From: a virus
Lineage: Duplodnaviria > Caudoviricetes
Virus record (IMG/VR): IMGVR_UViG_3300031760_000042
Span: 6,500-70,499 of that record
Reading direction: 5' to 3' (one strand)
DNA length: 64,000 nt
In this document: positions 18,569 to 26,618 of the stretch, in pieces
Layout: each line of letters begins with the position of its first letter
Position numbering within the stretch: position 1 is the first letter of the stretch
The notes under the pieces: model-generated
What the model was told of the DNA's origin: nothing
What the model saw: the letters and a program-made list of their open reading frames with translations, nothing else
Database searches by the model: none
Made by a program: the position numbers and the translations under genes

Positions 18569-18845
18569 TTCCTAAAAATATAAAAGTTGAACTGCGGTCT
18601 GGCTCGGTCGCAATGACTACTCGCTCGCCGTCTTCCGGATACTCGTACATCCCAACCACGACCGAACCATTTGTAATCGCCAGATCATTACCAAGGGACT
18701 CTTCCTTGCTCGCCTCTCCCCAATCGCAGACCACATATCTGGCAAGACAGTCTGCACAAAAATAAGAAAAGGGCTCATCCTGCTTCAGACGAGCCCACAC
18801 CTTTTCGGTCTTTCTTACTTTACCAATATCAAATTTTGTCAGCAT
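18549..18845 (-). CDS. Conserved mobile-element protein of unknown function
   Basis: CLARY..CDWGE...ND.A...G...Y...IATEPDRSST pattern seen in plasmid/phage proteins. Confidence 0.6.
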   Translation of the reverse strand: MLTKFDIGKVRKTEKVWARLKQDEPFSYFCADCLARYVVCDWGEASKEESLGNDLAITNGSVVVGMYEYPEDGERVVIATEPDRSSTFIFLGSEWRYG

Positions 18846-19242
18846 TCTTTTTCTTTTCTATTTCGGTAATAAGATCCAGACACTCGCTTAATCCGTCGTT
18901 CACCGATTCTTTGTCCGCTTCCGTTTTAGCGATATGATCAGACCACGATTTTAATATCTCACGGGTCTTATCCGCTGTTCCAAGCAAACATCCGGCGACA
19001 TCCATACGCTTTGTATCATCGTATTTGTTATGGCGACCGAGAATCAAAAAATATTCTCCAAGATCTTTGTCCTTATGCTTAAACCACGCAGTAGCAATAT
19101 CAGCACCAAGATACATACTGCCCGCACAAGCCGTAACCACAAGTCCTGCTTTAACAGCTTTCTTCGTTCCTTCGTCTAACTTGTTCCATTTGTCTTTGAT
19201 TTTCTTAAACATTTTACATCCTTTCTTGTCCCAATAATACAC
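18829..19242 (-). CDS. Membrane-anchored hypothetical protein
   Basis: Likely start MFKKIK; TM segment. Confidence 0.55.
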   Translation of the reverse strand: MYYWDKKGCKMFKKIKDKWNKLDEGTKKAVKAGLVVTACAGSMYLGADIATAWFKHKDKDLGEYFLILGRHNKYDDTKRMDVAGCLLGTADKTREILKSWSDHIAKTEADKESVNDGLSECLDLITEIEKKKNADKI

Positions 19243-19393
19243 GACCTTCTTTTACTTGTTGACGCACTTCTTTTATTACTGCTTCTTTTGGAATATCATA
19301 GAAATACATCAGGTTCCTACATCTGAAAACCATGTCTACAATATAATCAAACACTTCCTCATCATATTCTTGGTCATATCCGTATGTAATCAT
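19214..19393 (-). CDS. Small hypothetical protein (59 aa)
   Basis: Manual translation MITYGYDQEYDEEVF...; AAGGAGG RBS. Confidence 0.5.
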   Translation of the reverse strand: MITYGYDQEYDEEVFDYIVDMVFRCRNLMYFYDIPKEAVIKEVRQQVKEGRVLLGQERM

Positions 19394-19563
19394 TTTTCCT
19401 CCTTAATACCTTCTGCTTCGATTAACGGACAGGTCTCCGGTTTACCACACTCATCTACCGTATCTTTAGTTAAACGACACAGTAACGGATACGTTTCGTG
19501 ATACTGTGTGCAAAAATAACATTCCCCACAGTTTTTTGGCATGTCAATCGGTACTAATATCAT
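19390..19563 (-). CDS. Small Cys-rich protein (57 aa)
   Basis: Manual translation MILVPIDMPKNCGECYFC...C...KPETCPL, a common phage Cys-rich pattern. Confidence 0.55.
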   Translation of the reverse strand: MILVPIDMPKNCGECYFCTQYHETYPLLCRLTKDTVDECGKPETCPLIEAEGIKEEK

Positions 19564-19913
19564 CACTTCTCCTCCTTTTTATCCAGCAACTCATAAACCT
19601 TCGTTCCGACAATAGCTTCGGAGATTCCTGCTCTTTCCATAAAGGCTCTGCTGTAAATATAAACATCTGCGAATGACTCGATCAAATTAAGCCAGGCATC
19701 CTTACGAGTATCATTAAGGTCTCTAATAAACTTAATTAAATCCTCGTCTGTATCAATATCACCGGGTATAAGCACGTCGCCCATTGCGGATTCAAACGCG
19801 TATGCATCACTTTTAAGCGAGTTCAGACGAATAGTTAGCTTTGTAAGAAGCGATTCCTTATTGTCGTCTGCAATCTTTTTGTAAATACGATAGTCGTTAG
19901 TTGGTCTATTCAT
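19563..19913 (-). CDS. Hypothetical protein
   Basis: ORF in coupled operon. Confidence 0.55.
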   Translation of the reverse strand: MNRPTNDYRIYKKIADDNKESLLTKLTIRLNSLKSDAYAFESAMGDVLIPGDIDTDEDLIKFIRDLNDTRKDAWLNLIESFADVYIYSRAFMERAGISEAIVGTKVYELLDKKEEK

Positions 19914-20110
19914 GATTTTTTCTCCTTAAGTTCTTCGAGTTTTTCTAAAACTTCTTTTACTGTCATATCACCAAACGCGTCGTACCAAGCATCTCTGAAC
20001 ATCTTATTTTCCAGATGCTTGTCTACCACGTTCAAAATATTCTCGACAGCTATGAGAGCCACGAATATTACTATTATTACCGATGTTATGGACATTTTCA
20101 TCCTCCTCAA
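19910..20110 (-). CDS. Small membrane protein
   Basis: TM helix; coupled ORF. Confidence 0.5.
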   Translation of the reverse strand: MRRMKMSITSVIIVIFVALIAVENILNVVDKHLENKMFRDAWYDAFGDMTVKEVLEKLEELKEKKS

Positions 20111-20337
20111 TCTTCCAATAACTTGTTTAGACGATACTTTAAAGCTCTGATCAGTACTTTATGCTCGTCTATACGATTTGTAATAAGTTCAATATCATTT
20201 CCCATCTCTTCTATTGCATATTCGAATTTCTCGATCTGCTTTTGAAGGATTAGTCGTTCATCTTTCATCTGTTTACACTCCTTCAAACCGGCATAATAAC
20301 ACTCGGATTCCATATACAAATCGAGTCTACATCCCAC
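20107..20337 (-). CDS. Small coiled-coil protein
   Basis: Heptad pattern; true start probably downstream of track start. Confidence 0.45.
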   Translation of the reverse strand: MGCRLDLYMESECYYAGLKECKQMKDERLILQKQIEKFEYAIEEMGNDIELITNRIDEHKVLIRALKYRLNKLLED

Positions 20338-20753
20338 GAATTAAAAAGATTTAACACTTCTCTTGAATCGTCAAGCCACACGGAACCAAAACGATAATCG
20401 CTCGAATAACTAACCTCCATAGCATCAAAGTGGTTATATATAAGCGGCAAATTGAGTTCGATATTCCTGTTGTCGATCCAGGTAATATATCTATCCGCTT
20501 CTTCAATTCTGTTAAGTCTGAGAACTTTAGCGTCTGGAGACAGTTTAAATCTGAAATTTTTATCCAATTTTTCAACGTGAAACTCTTCTCCTTCGCACCA
20601 ATCTTTCCAGCCCCATTCCGAATTTTCCGGAGAAGCCCATAACCCTTTTGGTTTATCATAACGAGAGTTTTTGTGCTTATTAACCATGGCTCTTCTCAAC
20701 CGGTCTTGATCGTACGTGTCTGAATTATAATGAATATAAACTCTTTCTTTCAT
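20283..20753 (-). CDS. Conserved hypothetical protein, possible ADP-ribosyltransferase-like fold
   Basis: YIHY...KPKGLWASP...WKDWC...AKVL...FDAME...WDVDSICIWNPSVI. Confidence 0.6.
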   Translation of the reverse strand: MKERVYIHYNSDTYDQDRLRRAMVNKHKNSRYDKPKGLWASPENSEWGWKDWCEGEEFHVEKLDKNFRFKLSPDAKVLRLNRIEEADRYITWIDNRNIELNLPLIYNHFDAMEVSYSSDYRFGSVWLDDSREVLNLFNSWDVDSICIWNPSVIMPV

Positions 20754-20768
20754 TTATTTACCTCCAAC

Positions 20769-21122
20769 TTAAAACATCTCAAGGTCTATTGCTATAAGGG
20801 CTCCGTACGTTGAATCTTCACAAACATACAAACACAACCACGGTTCTTTTTTAAAAATACGGTCAATATGATTCGGACCCAAGATTGCTGGTAAATTAAG
20901 TTTGTCGTAAAAAACATTAAGTGTTGGTCCACAGCCGGATTTTATAATCTGTACAAATTTCTTCCACGCACGAACGACGTTGATTGGTTTTGCTCTAAAA
21001 TACATACAAGTGGCCGAGTCAAAGAACTGTACATACTGGTACATACGAGGATCTATTAGTCCTTCGACCTCATCGTTCTTGTCCATCGACGAATGATAAA
21101 TACGATTATCTAAAATTTTCAT
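20769..21122 (-). CDS. Stand-alone DUF6353 C-terminal-like domain
   Basis: FFDSATCMYF...TLNVFYDKLNL resembles the C-terminal domain of the three DUF6353-like ORFs. Confidence 0.45.
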   Translation of the reverse strand: MKILDNRIYHSSMDKNDEVEGLIDPRMYQYVQFFDSATCMYFRAKPINVVRAWKKFVQIIKSGCGPTLNVFYDKLNLPAILGPNHIDRIFKKEPWLCLYVCEDSTYGALIAIDLEMF

Positions 21123-21133
21123 CCTTTACCCTC

Positions 21134-21607
21134 CTACTTAAACTTATCAATGATCTCCTGAGTCGCGAGTCCTCTGTCTACAAATATCAATTCGAGATTG
21201 CTCTGAAGTTCACCATAGTCTGTTCCGTAAATGTTTGCCGCGTATGGATTTTCTTCTTTTTCAGGATTATCAATTGTGATTCCTTTGCTTTCAAGGAAAT
21301 CCTCAAACATCTCTACAATTGATCTAACGGTCTCCTGTAATTCTCCCCAATTAAGGCTTGTTCTTGTTTTAAGTCGGTCTTCCCTTTCTACAAAATAATA
21401 AGAGTCCACACCAATATAATCGGATATTTGTTCTACAAGTCCAACCGGCATCGACCCATTTTTCAAATATCTCGACAACGATCTTTCGCTTCTATCGATC
21501 TCTTTCGAGTTACCAAGCTCTTTTACGCTATGCCCGGATATAGTTATAGCGGTCTTGAGTCGGTCTGGATTTATCCGTACGTCGCTTACACGTGATTTGT
21601 TTGACAT
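21134..21607 (-). CDS. XRE-like HTH protein (repressor candidate)
   Basis: RLKTAITISGHSVKELG...RSERSLSRYLKNGSMP...QISDYIGVD. Confidence 0.6.
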   Translation of the reverse strand: MSNKSRVSDVRINPDRLKTAITISGHSVKELGNSKEIDRSERSLSRYLKNGSMPVGLVEQISDYIGVDSYYFVEREDRLKTRTSLNWGELQETVRSIVEMFEDFLESKGITIDNPEKEENPYAANIYGTDYGELQSNLELIFVDRGLATQEIIDKFK

Positions 21608-21610
21608 CGT

Positions 21611-21793
21611 TTATTCCTTTCCTGTTACTTCGTGTCTAACGATGGCTTCAATTGCCTTTACTGCATATGCCAATTTTTCTAATCTGATTTCTTCAGGTTC
21701 GTATTTTGTCGTAATATCATACGGATTTCTTACTGCTGTCTGATCCGCTACCATGCGTTTAAGCCATTCGTCATAGGCTTCTTTAAAATTCAT
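21611..21793 (-). CDS. Small hypothetical protein
   Basis: GAAAGGAG RBS. Confidence 0.55.
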   Translation of the reverse strand: MNFKEAYDEWLKRMVADQTAVRNPYDITTKYEPEEIRLEKLAYAVKAIEAIVRHEVTGKE

Positions 21794-21872
21794 CTACTTA
21801 CTCCTTTCAAAATATAAAAACTAAAGAGCCTACGTTTCCGTAAGCTCCCGCTAATAACATCTTGCTATGTTT

Positions 21873-22091
21873 TTATTTTCCGTCTATTGCTTCTTCTGGT
21901 ATAACTTCTAATATACAATCTTTTGCTAATGCTAAATTACGCTGCGCCATATTCAAATAGATCGATACTGGATCGTCTGCTTCGGCATACTTCACTTTCA
22001 TATGCTCGAGTATAATCCACAACCCGGCCAATTTGTCATGTGCGTCTAACGCGTCAATAATGTCATCCTTATACTTTAATTCGTATACCAT
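21873..22091 (-). CDS. Small hypothetical protein
   Basis: GAAAGGAG RBS. Confidence 0.55.
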   Translation of the reverse strand: MVYELKYKDDIIDALDAHDKLAGLWIILEHMKVKYAEADDPVSIYLNMAQRNLALAKDCILEVIPEEAIDGK

Positions 22092-22205
22092 TTATTCTTC
22101 TCCTTTCAAAATATAAAAAACATAGGCTCTGTGCCCCCACTATAGAATCTGTATTTTTTGCGGATAAAAACAAAGAGAGCCCGTAAAATCAGACTCTCCG
22201 GAAAT

Positions 22206-22562
22206 TTACTCGTCAACTATTGTCATATAACATTTACCACCGTTTTTATTAACCAGAATAAAATCACAACTTTCTTCGTCGAAACATCCTACTACTCGTG
22301 GTCTTTTTGTTTTCTGATGCAATCTCCATGTTAACGGTGCTGCGTGTACGTTTAACGCCTCCGCGATGAACTCATCATAACTTCTTGGGTCGGTTTCACT
22401 TATCTCGTCCCAAAGCTCGTTCAATTCCTCCAAAAGTGGATTCGTCAAGCTTACATACATGTTCCTTAACAATGGATATAATGTTTGTGCCACGAATTTG
22501 TCGTTCTCATCCCAACGACCCTCAAACTGTAATTCTCCCTTGAATGTATATTTGTCGCTCAT
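22206..22562 (-). CDS. Hypothetical protein (cassette gene)
   Basis: AAGGAGG RBS, promoter motif 22594-22621, terminator about 22166-22200. Confidence 0.65.
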   Translation of the reverse strand: MSDKYTFKGELQFEGRWDENDKFVAQTLYPLLRNMYVSLTNPLLEELNELWDEISETDPRSYDEFIAEALNVHAAPLTWRLHQKTKRPRVVGCFDEESCDFILVNKNGGKCYMTIVDE

Positions 22563-22641
22563 GTTGTCCTCCTTTAGTGTTAAGTGTTAATTTCCATTAA
22601 AGAACTTGTATCTATTGCGGACGAAAAAGAAAAAGAGGCTG

Positions 22642-22950
22642 TTAAGCCTCATCGCAGAATTCGAACTTTCCATCGAAGATTCCGTTCTTTCTTAACTCCT
22701 CTTTTCTTTCGTACTCATAATTAATCTCGTCGAATTTGGTTTTAATATCAATCGTTGTTCTAACTACTTCTCCTAATGCTATAAGCGGCACAACTACTGA
22801 CGTGCTTATCACGGTTGTTGCTGTGTGGTATCCCACAGCCTTACCAATTGTAATCGCTTTATGTCCAGTCTTTGTAATTTTATCGATAGCTCTCATTTTA
22901 ATTCTCCTTTTTTCAACTAACATTAAGTTTTTCCATAATAGATCGTGCAA
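22642..22950 (-). CDS. Hypothetical protein (cassette gene)
   Basis: Likely start MRAIDK after AAGGAG; promoter motif 22933-22960. Confidence 0.6.
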   Translation of the reverse strand: MHDLLWKNLMLVEKRRIKMRAIDKITKTGHKAITIGKAVGYHTATTVISTSVVVPLIALGEVVRTTIDIKTKFDEINYEYERKEELRKNGIFDGKFEFCDEA

Positions 22951-23067
22951 TTTTTGCGAAAATTACTAAAATATCATCAAAAATAAGGCTAAAATAGACG
23001 AAATCGCTTGTAAGCTCATGAGAGCCTGCTAGAGCGATTTAGATGCTATATCGACCAGTAGGTTCTG

Positions 23068-23112
23068 TTTCTTTTTAACTCGCCTTATATCGCCTCTCAG
23101 AGCGTCGTTTTT
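23068..23112. repeat. 45-bp direct repeat, copy 1
   Basis: tttctttttaactcgccttatatcgcctctcagagcgtcgttttt identical to 26504-26548. Confidence 0.9.
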
Positions 23113-23192
23113 CAAGTAAACCCTAAAATTTTGCCAAATATCACAAAAACAAAGAGAACCCGTAGAATTTTACGAGTTCTCCGTTCTGATAA

Positions 23193-23413
23193 CTACTTTT
23201 CATTCAGAAGTTCGTTGTATTTGGTTAGCAACTCGTTATAATTATCACCAACAATTTTTAGAAGCTCTTTCTGAAATTCTATAACCGTTGTTGCCTGCCC
23301 GATTTTGTATCCGCCGAACATGGCTGCTCCACAAATCACTCCGACACATACCGTTTCAAAAATTTCAGGATTCTCTTCACAAAATCTTTTGCTTTTCTTA
23401 CGAGTTTTCCCAT
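23193..23413 (-). pseudogene. Frameshifted cassette gene (about 73 aa if restored)
   Basis: AAGGAGG RBS + ATG at 23413; frame 0 stops after 25 aa, the -1 frame continues FCEENPEIFETVCVGVICGAAMFGG... to TAG at 23193; span 221 nt, one short of 222. Confidence 0.55.
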
Positions 23414-23470
23414 AATAATCCTCCTTAATAATTAGATGGTAGTTCTCCGTTAAAGTCCTTGTAAACTTTG

Positions 23471-23713
23471 CTATTCGTCTGTAACCTGCTTCACACGAAG
23501 TAATATCTTGTCTGAGCTTTTGATCATTGCAAGTTTACCTTTGTCTACTTCAAGGAACATGTAGTCTGTACCGTCTTCGTCCGTAACCATTTTTAAGGTT
23601 CCGACAACTCCAATCTTTTTATCCTTTCGAAAATGTCGAACTACAATAATTACAGCAAGAAAACAACAAAATAATGCTCCGCCAATAAACAGCCACGGAA
23701 TGTAAAATATCAT
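23471..23713 (-). CDS. Small membrane protein
   Basis: N-terminal TM, GTLKM...DYMFLEV. Confidence 0.6.
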   Translation of the reverse strand: MIFYIPWLFIGGALFCCFLAVIIVVRHFRKDKKIGVVGTLKMVTDEDGTDYMFLEVDKGKLAMIKSSDKILLRVKQVTDE

Positions 23714-23715
23714 CT

Positions 23716-24030
23716 CTACTCTCCTCTCATGCTAAGAAGCATTTCTGCTCTCTTTTTCGTTTTCTCGTCATACTTAAAGTCAAAGCCCGTACTCGCATCA
23801 AAGTCTTTAAAGTCCTCGTAATAAGGGACTTCCTTTGAAATATCAGGATAAGACTTTTGAAGGTCTACAAGCTCTCTTGCCCACTCAGACCACTTCGAAT
23901 CCTCCACGATACTGTCGTCAAGCTCGTAGTAAATATAAGAGTGCAGGTGGATCTGTCTTCGTCTCTGAAGGATCTTGTGATAGACCTCTTCATCTTTGGT
24001 TGGATAGATCGCTATTTTCTGTTTTGTCAA
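23716..24030 (-). CDS. Stand-alone NAD+-dependent DNA ligase subdomain Ia (Nlig-Ia)-like protein
   Basis: RRQIHLHSYIYYELDDSIVEDSKWSEWARELVDLQKSYPD matches the LigA N-terminal Y-Y..D.P.I.D..YD.L..EL..LE..YP pattern. Confidence 0.75.
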   Translation of the reverse strand: MTKQKIAIYPTKDEEVYHKILQRRRQIHLHSYIYYELDDSIVEDSKWSEWARELVDLQKSYPDISKEVPYYEDFKDFDASTGFDFKYDEKTKKRAEMLLSMRGE

Positions 24031-24139
24031 TTTTCACCTCCGGGCTTTTTCGCCAATACAAAAATATCATTTGTTCTCGTCGGATGCGTATGAAAAGTCA
24101 AAAGGAGCTGCTACGAATATAACAACTCCTCGTCGATTC

Positions 24140-24415
24140 CTATTTCGCGTCTAATGAAACGTAAACCTGATTATCTGTAACACTTACGAATACCTCAACC
24201 GTTCCGATTGTTTCGTCGAACTCAAACTTGTATTCGTATCCATCGTACTTTGTATTTGTAGGCAATGAATATGCTTCTCCTTTATCGCCCGAAAATACAG
24301 CTACGCCTATGGAATTATCGAGTTCGAGATCGAACACCTTTACCGTATACGATATTCCCGTGTCATTGTAACCAATTTCCATTTCATTTACGTCTCGTGG
24401 AACTGCTAAAAACAT
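24140..24415 (-). CDS. Hypothetical protein (cassette gene)
   Basis: AAGGAGG RBS, promoter motif 24447-24474. Confidence 0.6.
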   Translation of the reverse strand: MFLAVPRDVNEMEIGYNDTGISYTVKVFDLELDNSIGVAVFSGDKGEAYSLPTNTKYDGYEYKFEFDETIGTVEVFVSVTDNQVYVSLDAK

Positions 24416-24463
24416 AATTTCCTCCTTTTGATCTAAGCATTAGCTTTCACAATAGGAGGCGTA

Positions 24464-24886
24464 TTATTTGCGAAGACCACTCAAAATATAAAAAAACTTA
24501 CGGTAGTACTCGTAGTATTCATCTCGTGAGCAGGGAAGACTCATACGAGCATTAAGTTTGTCATATGGAAGATTGTTCGTAACGCCCTTGAGTACAAAGC
24601 TTCCTATGTGTCCGTTTGGATCAGTCTGAATGACCGCGTCAGATATCATCCTGAGTCGTTTTCTAATCTCCTCTCTTCTAATAGCAGTCTTTTCAACCGA
24701 GCTTTCATTCGTACCAGTCTCGGAAATATCTATCGGTTTTGATTCGGCCTTATACCCGTCCAAAGCATTGAGTTCCTCCTTCCACTCTGGTACCTGCATA
24801 CAGAAGTGCTTCAGCTCGTAGTAACGATGCTTGCTGATCCAATACTTATTCTTCTTTGATACCTCTGGTCTAATCGTTGTGCTCAT
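24464..24886 (-). CDS. ArpU/RinA-like transcriptional regulator
   Basis: KYWISKHRYYELKHFC...GVT..LPYD.L...PCSRDEYYEYYRKFFYIL; start MSTTIRPE after GAAAGGAG. Confidence 0.7.
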   Translation of the reverse strand: MSTTIRPEVSKKNKYWISKHRYYELKHFCMQVPEWKEELNALDGYKAESKPIDISETGTNESSVEKTAIRREEIRKRLRMISDAVIQTDPNGHIGSFVLKGVTNNLPYDKLNARMSLPCSRDEYYEYYRKFFYILSGLRK

Positions 24887-25127
24887 GTCGTTCTCCTTTC
24901 CACAAATATCCCGTCTCCTCATATAGACTCTTTGGCGAGATGTAATAATTGATTCGTCCGTACCTGCTTCCAAGTTCGTTAAGGCTTGTGATCTGTTTTC
25001 CTTCAAGAGTAGCTATGCCGATTGGAAGCCAGCCTGATATAATACCAGCTCTTACCCACGAAGGATCTTTACCATAAGCTTTCGCTGCAATGTGTACCGG
25101 GACAGATCCTTTTACGAATTTGCCCAT
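24870..25127 (-). CDS. HTH DNA-binding protein (excisionase/Cro-like)
   Basis: VPVHIAAKAYGKDPSWVRAGIISG.LPIG...INYYISPK; AGGAGGTG RBS. Confidence 0.65.
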   Translation of the reverse strand: MGKFVKGSVPVHIAAKAYGKDPSWVRAGIISGWLPIGIATLEGKQITSLNELGSRYGRINYYISPKSLYEETGYLWKGERHEHND

Positions 25128-25216
25128 AAATATCACCTCCTTAACAAGAATTGTAGAAAGTTTGGGAGACAAAGTATAGAATTATAATAATCCAAAATTA
25201 TTGATACGATTAAAGT

Positions 25217-25540
25217 TTAGAGTATTTGTGTTCGTACTTTGAATGTTTTTGCGTCTTTCATAACCTTTCTCTTTTGTTTTTTTGTTGAGAGAAACTCGAC
25301 GATAATTCCCTCGTCACTTGGCTCTTCCCCTACAAGTACAAAGTCAATATCATGCGTTTTTAGAATAGGGAGAAAATAATCAAGATCGTGTTCGTTAACA
25401 AGAACCTTTGTGAATCGCTGTTCTGTCTTACCTTCGAATATCCTTTTGATCAAATTCATAGTGTACTCCTTTCTTCTGGTTAAAATATAAAAAGAAAAAG
25501 AGACCGTTAATTGGTCTCCGTTTCTGGTTCCTCCATCCAA
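25217..25540 (-). CDS. Hypothetical protein
   Basis: Likely start MNLIKR after GAAAGGAG. Confidence 0.55.
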   Translation of the reverse strand: MDGGTRNGDQLTVSFSFYILTRRKEYTMNLIKRIFEGKTEQRFTKVLVNEHDLDYFLPILKTHDIDFVLVGEEPSDEGIIVEFLSTKKQKRKVMKDAKTFKVRTQIL

Positions 25541-25827
25541 ATCTTCTGTAATTTATTCGAATACTTTGTTTGTATTTCCATACTAGCTTCCCACATTCCG
25601 ATAAAAGCTGATACGCTCATGTAGATCGGTGTTCCAATTGCCACCGCACCTGCCCATGCCGCTGTTTTACCGACTTTTGTTGCTGTCTTTTTAATCTTAT
25701 TAGTATTCATTGTTTTCTCCTTTGTTATGATTTGAAATATTCTTCTCATAAGAAACCTTGTAAATTTTGCGGAAAATATAAAAAGAAAGAGAGCTCGTAA
25801 ATCTATACGGCTCTCCGTCTGCCTCAA
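25507..25827 (-). CDS. Small hypothetical protein (cassette gene)
   Basis: Likely start MNTNKI after AAGGAG; promoter motif 25745-25773. Confidence 0.55.
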   Translation of the reverse strand: MRQTESRIDLRALFLFIFSAKFTRFLMRRIFQIITKEKTMNTNKIKKTATKVGKTAAWAGAVAIGTPIYMSVSAFIGMWEASMEIQTKYSNKLQKIWMEEPETETN

Positions 25828-26156
25828 ATGCTCGACAAAGCTACATCAATGCCGAACCGCTTAAGATCCTGTTCAATATTAAGCATCTTACCTTTATTTG
25901 GTGTCCTGAACTTTATCTTAACATAACTGCTTCCGACCGCCATATCTGTTACCAGCGCGTCGTTATATGTCAGTATGATTAAGATAGATTTGTATTCATA
26001 ACAATACACCCAAATCTCTGCCTCCTGCGGCTTCATATCGTTCACTATTTTCTTAAGCTGTTCCATTTTTGTCATTTTCGTTCTCCTTTCAATACGAACA
26101 TTTATTTGCATAATAGCTTCTGCAAAATTTACGAAAAGAAAAGAGCGCTTGTACAT
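25824..26156 (-). CDS. Hypothetical protein (cassette gene)
   Basis: Likely start MTKMEQ after GAAAGGAG; promoter motif 26108-26135. Confidence 0.55.
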   Translation of the reverse strand: MYKRSFLFVNFAEAIMQINVRIERRTKMTKMEQLKKIVNDMKPQEAEIWVYCYEYKSILIILTYNDALVTDMAVGSSYVKIKFRTPNKGKMLNIEQDLKRFGIDVALSSI

Positions 26157-26178
26157 CGTACAAAACGCTCCGTTGTTC

Positions 26179-26412
26179 TTATCTATCAGCGTAGATTTTA
26201 TGTACTACATATTTCCAGTCTCTGTACTGTTCTCCTCTGAATGGCCAATTCGCTTTTCTATAAACATACATCATACCGGGTGTCGATTTACGTTTGCAGA
26301 ATTTCTCGTCTTCGATTGTCGTACCTTTAATCAATTTGAAGAATCTCTCACATTCCTCTCCATTCACTCTGATATATAAATGTTTCCTAAAAAGGTTTGG
26401 TTTCTTAGCCAT
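26179..26412 (-). CDS. Hypothetical protein (first early cassette gene)
   Basis: GAAAGGAG RBS; promoter motif 26451-26477. Confidence 0.6.
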   Translation of the reverse strand: MAKKPNLFRKHLYIRVNGEECERFFKLIKGTTIEDEKFCKRKSTPGMMYVYRKANWPFRGEQYRDWKYVVHKIYADR

Positions 26413-26503
26413 AATATGCTCCTTTCACAAAAACTTTGAAAATATGCCTTTCATTATAGAATCTGCATATTTTGTAAAAAATCAACAGGACCCGTAGTAC
26501 CTT

Positions 26504-26548
26504 TTTCTTTTTAACTCGCCTTATATCGCCTCTCAGAGCGTCGTTTTT
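26504..26548. repeat. 45-bp direct repeat, copy 2
   Basis: Identical to 23068-23112; lies between the divergent early promoter and int. Confidence 0.9.
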
Positions 26549-26618
26549 TTCGGCTGTTTCGTGAAAATTTGGCTAAATATGCTATTATGTAGGAGTAAGA
26601 CAGAAAGGAGCGATTTTT

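Larger units (their letters stand above)
12568..26172 (-). terminator. Family of related intrinsic terminators closing the early cassettes
   Basis: GAGAG/GGAGA hairpins followed by TCTTTTTATATTT or TTTGTTTTT at about 12570, 13752, 14886, 15328, 15618, 15960, 21812, 22166, 23146, 25484, 25775, 26135. Confidence 0.7.
12946..26477 (-). promoter_or_regulatory. Family of about 14 conserved 28-bp promoter-like motifs (minus-strand consensus about TTCGCAAAAWTTRCA-N4-CTATWATGG)
   Basis: Copies at 12946, 14666, 14771, 15586, 15921, 16290, 22137, 22594, 22933, 23447, 24447, 25745, 26108, 26451 (plus-strand starts), each upstream of an RBS/ORF or the small RNAs. Confidence 0.75.

Noticed and set aside
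12946-26477. T7-like single-subunit RNAP promoters (CTATAG-GG resemblance)
   Set aside because: No phage RNA polymerase gene in the window and the motif is too degenerate.
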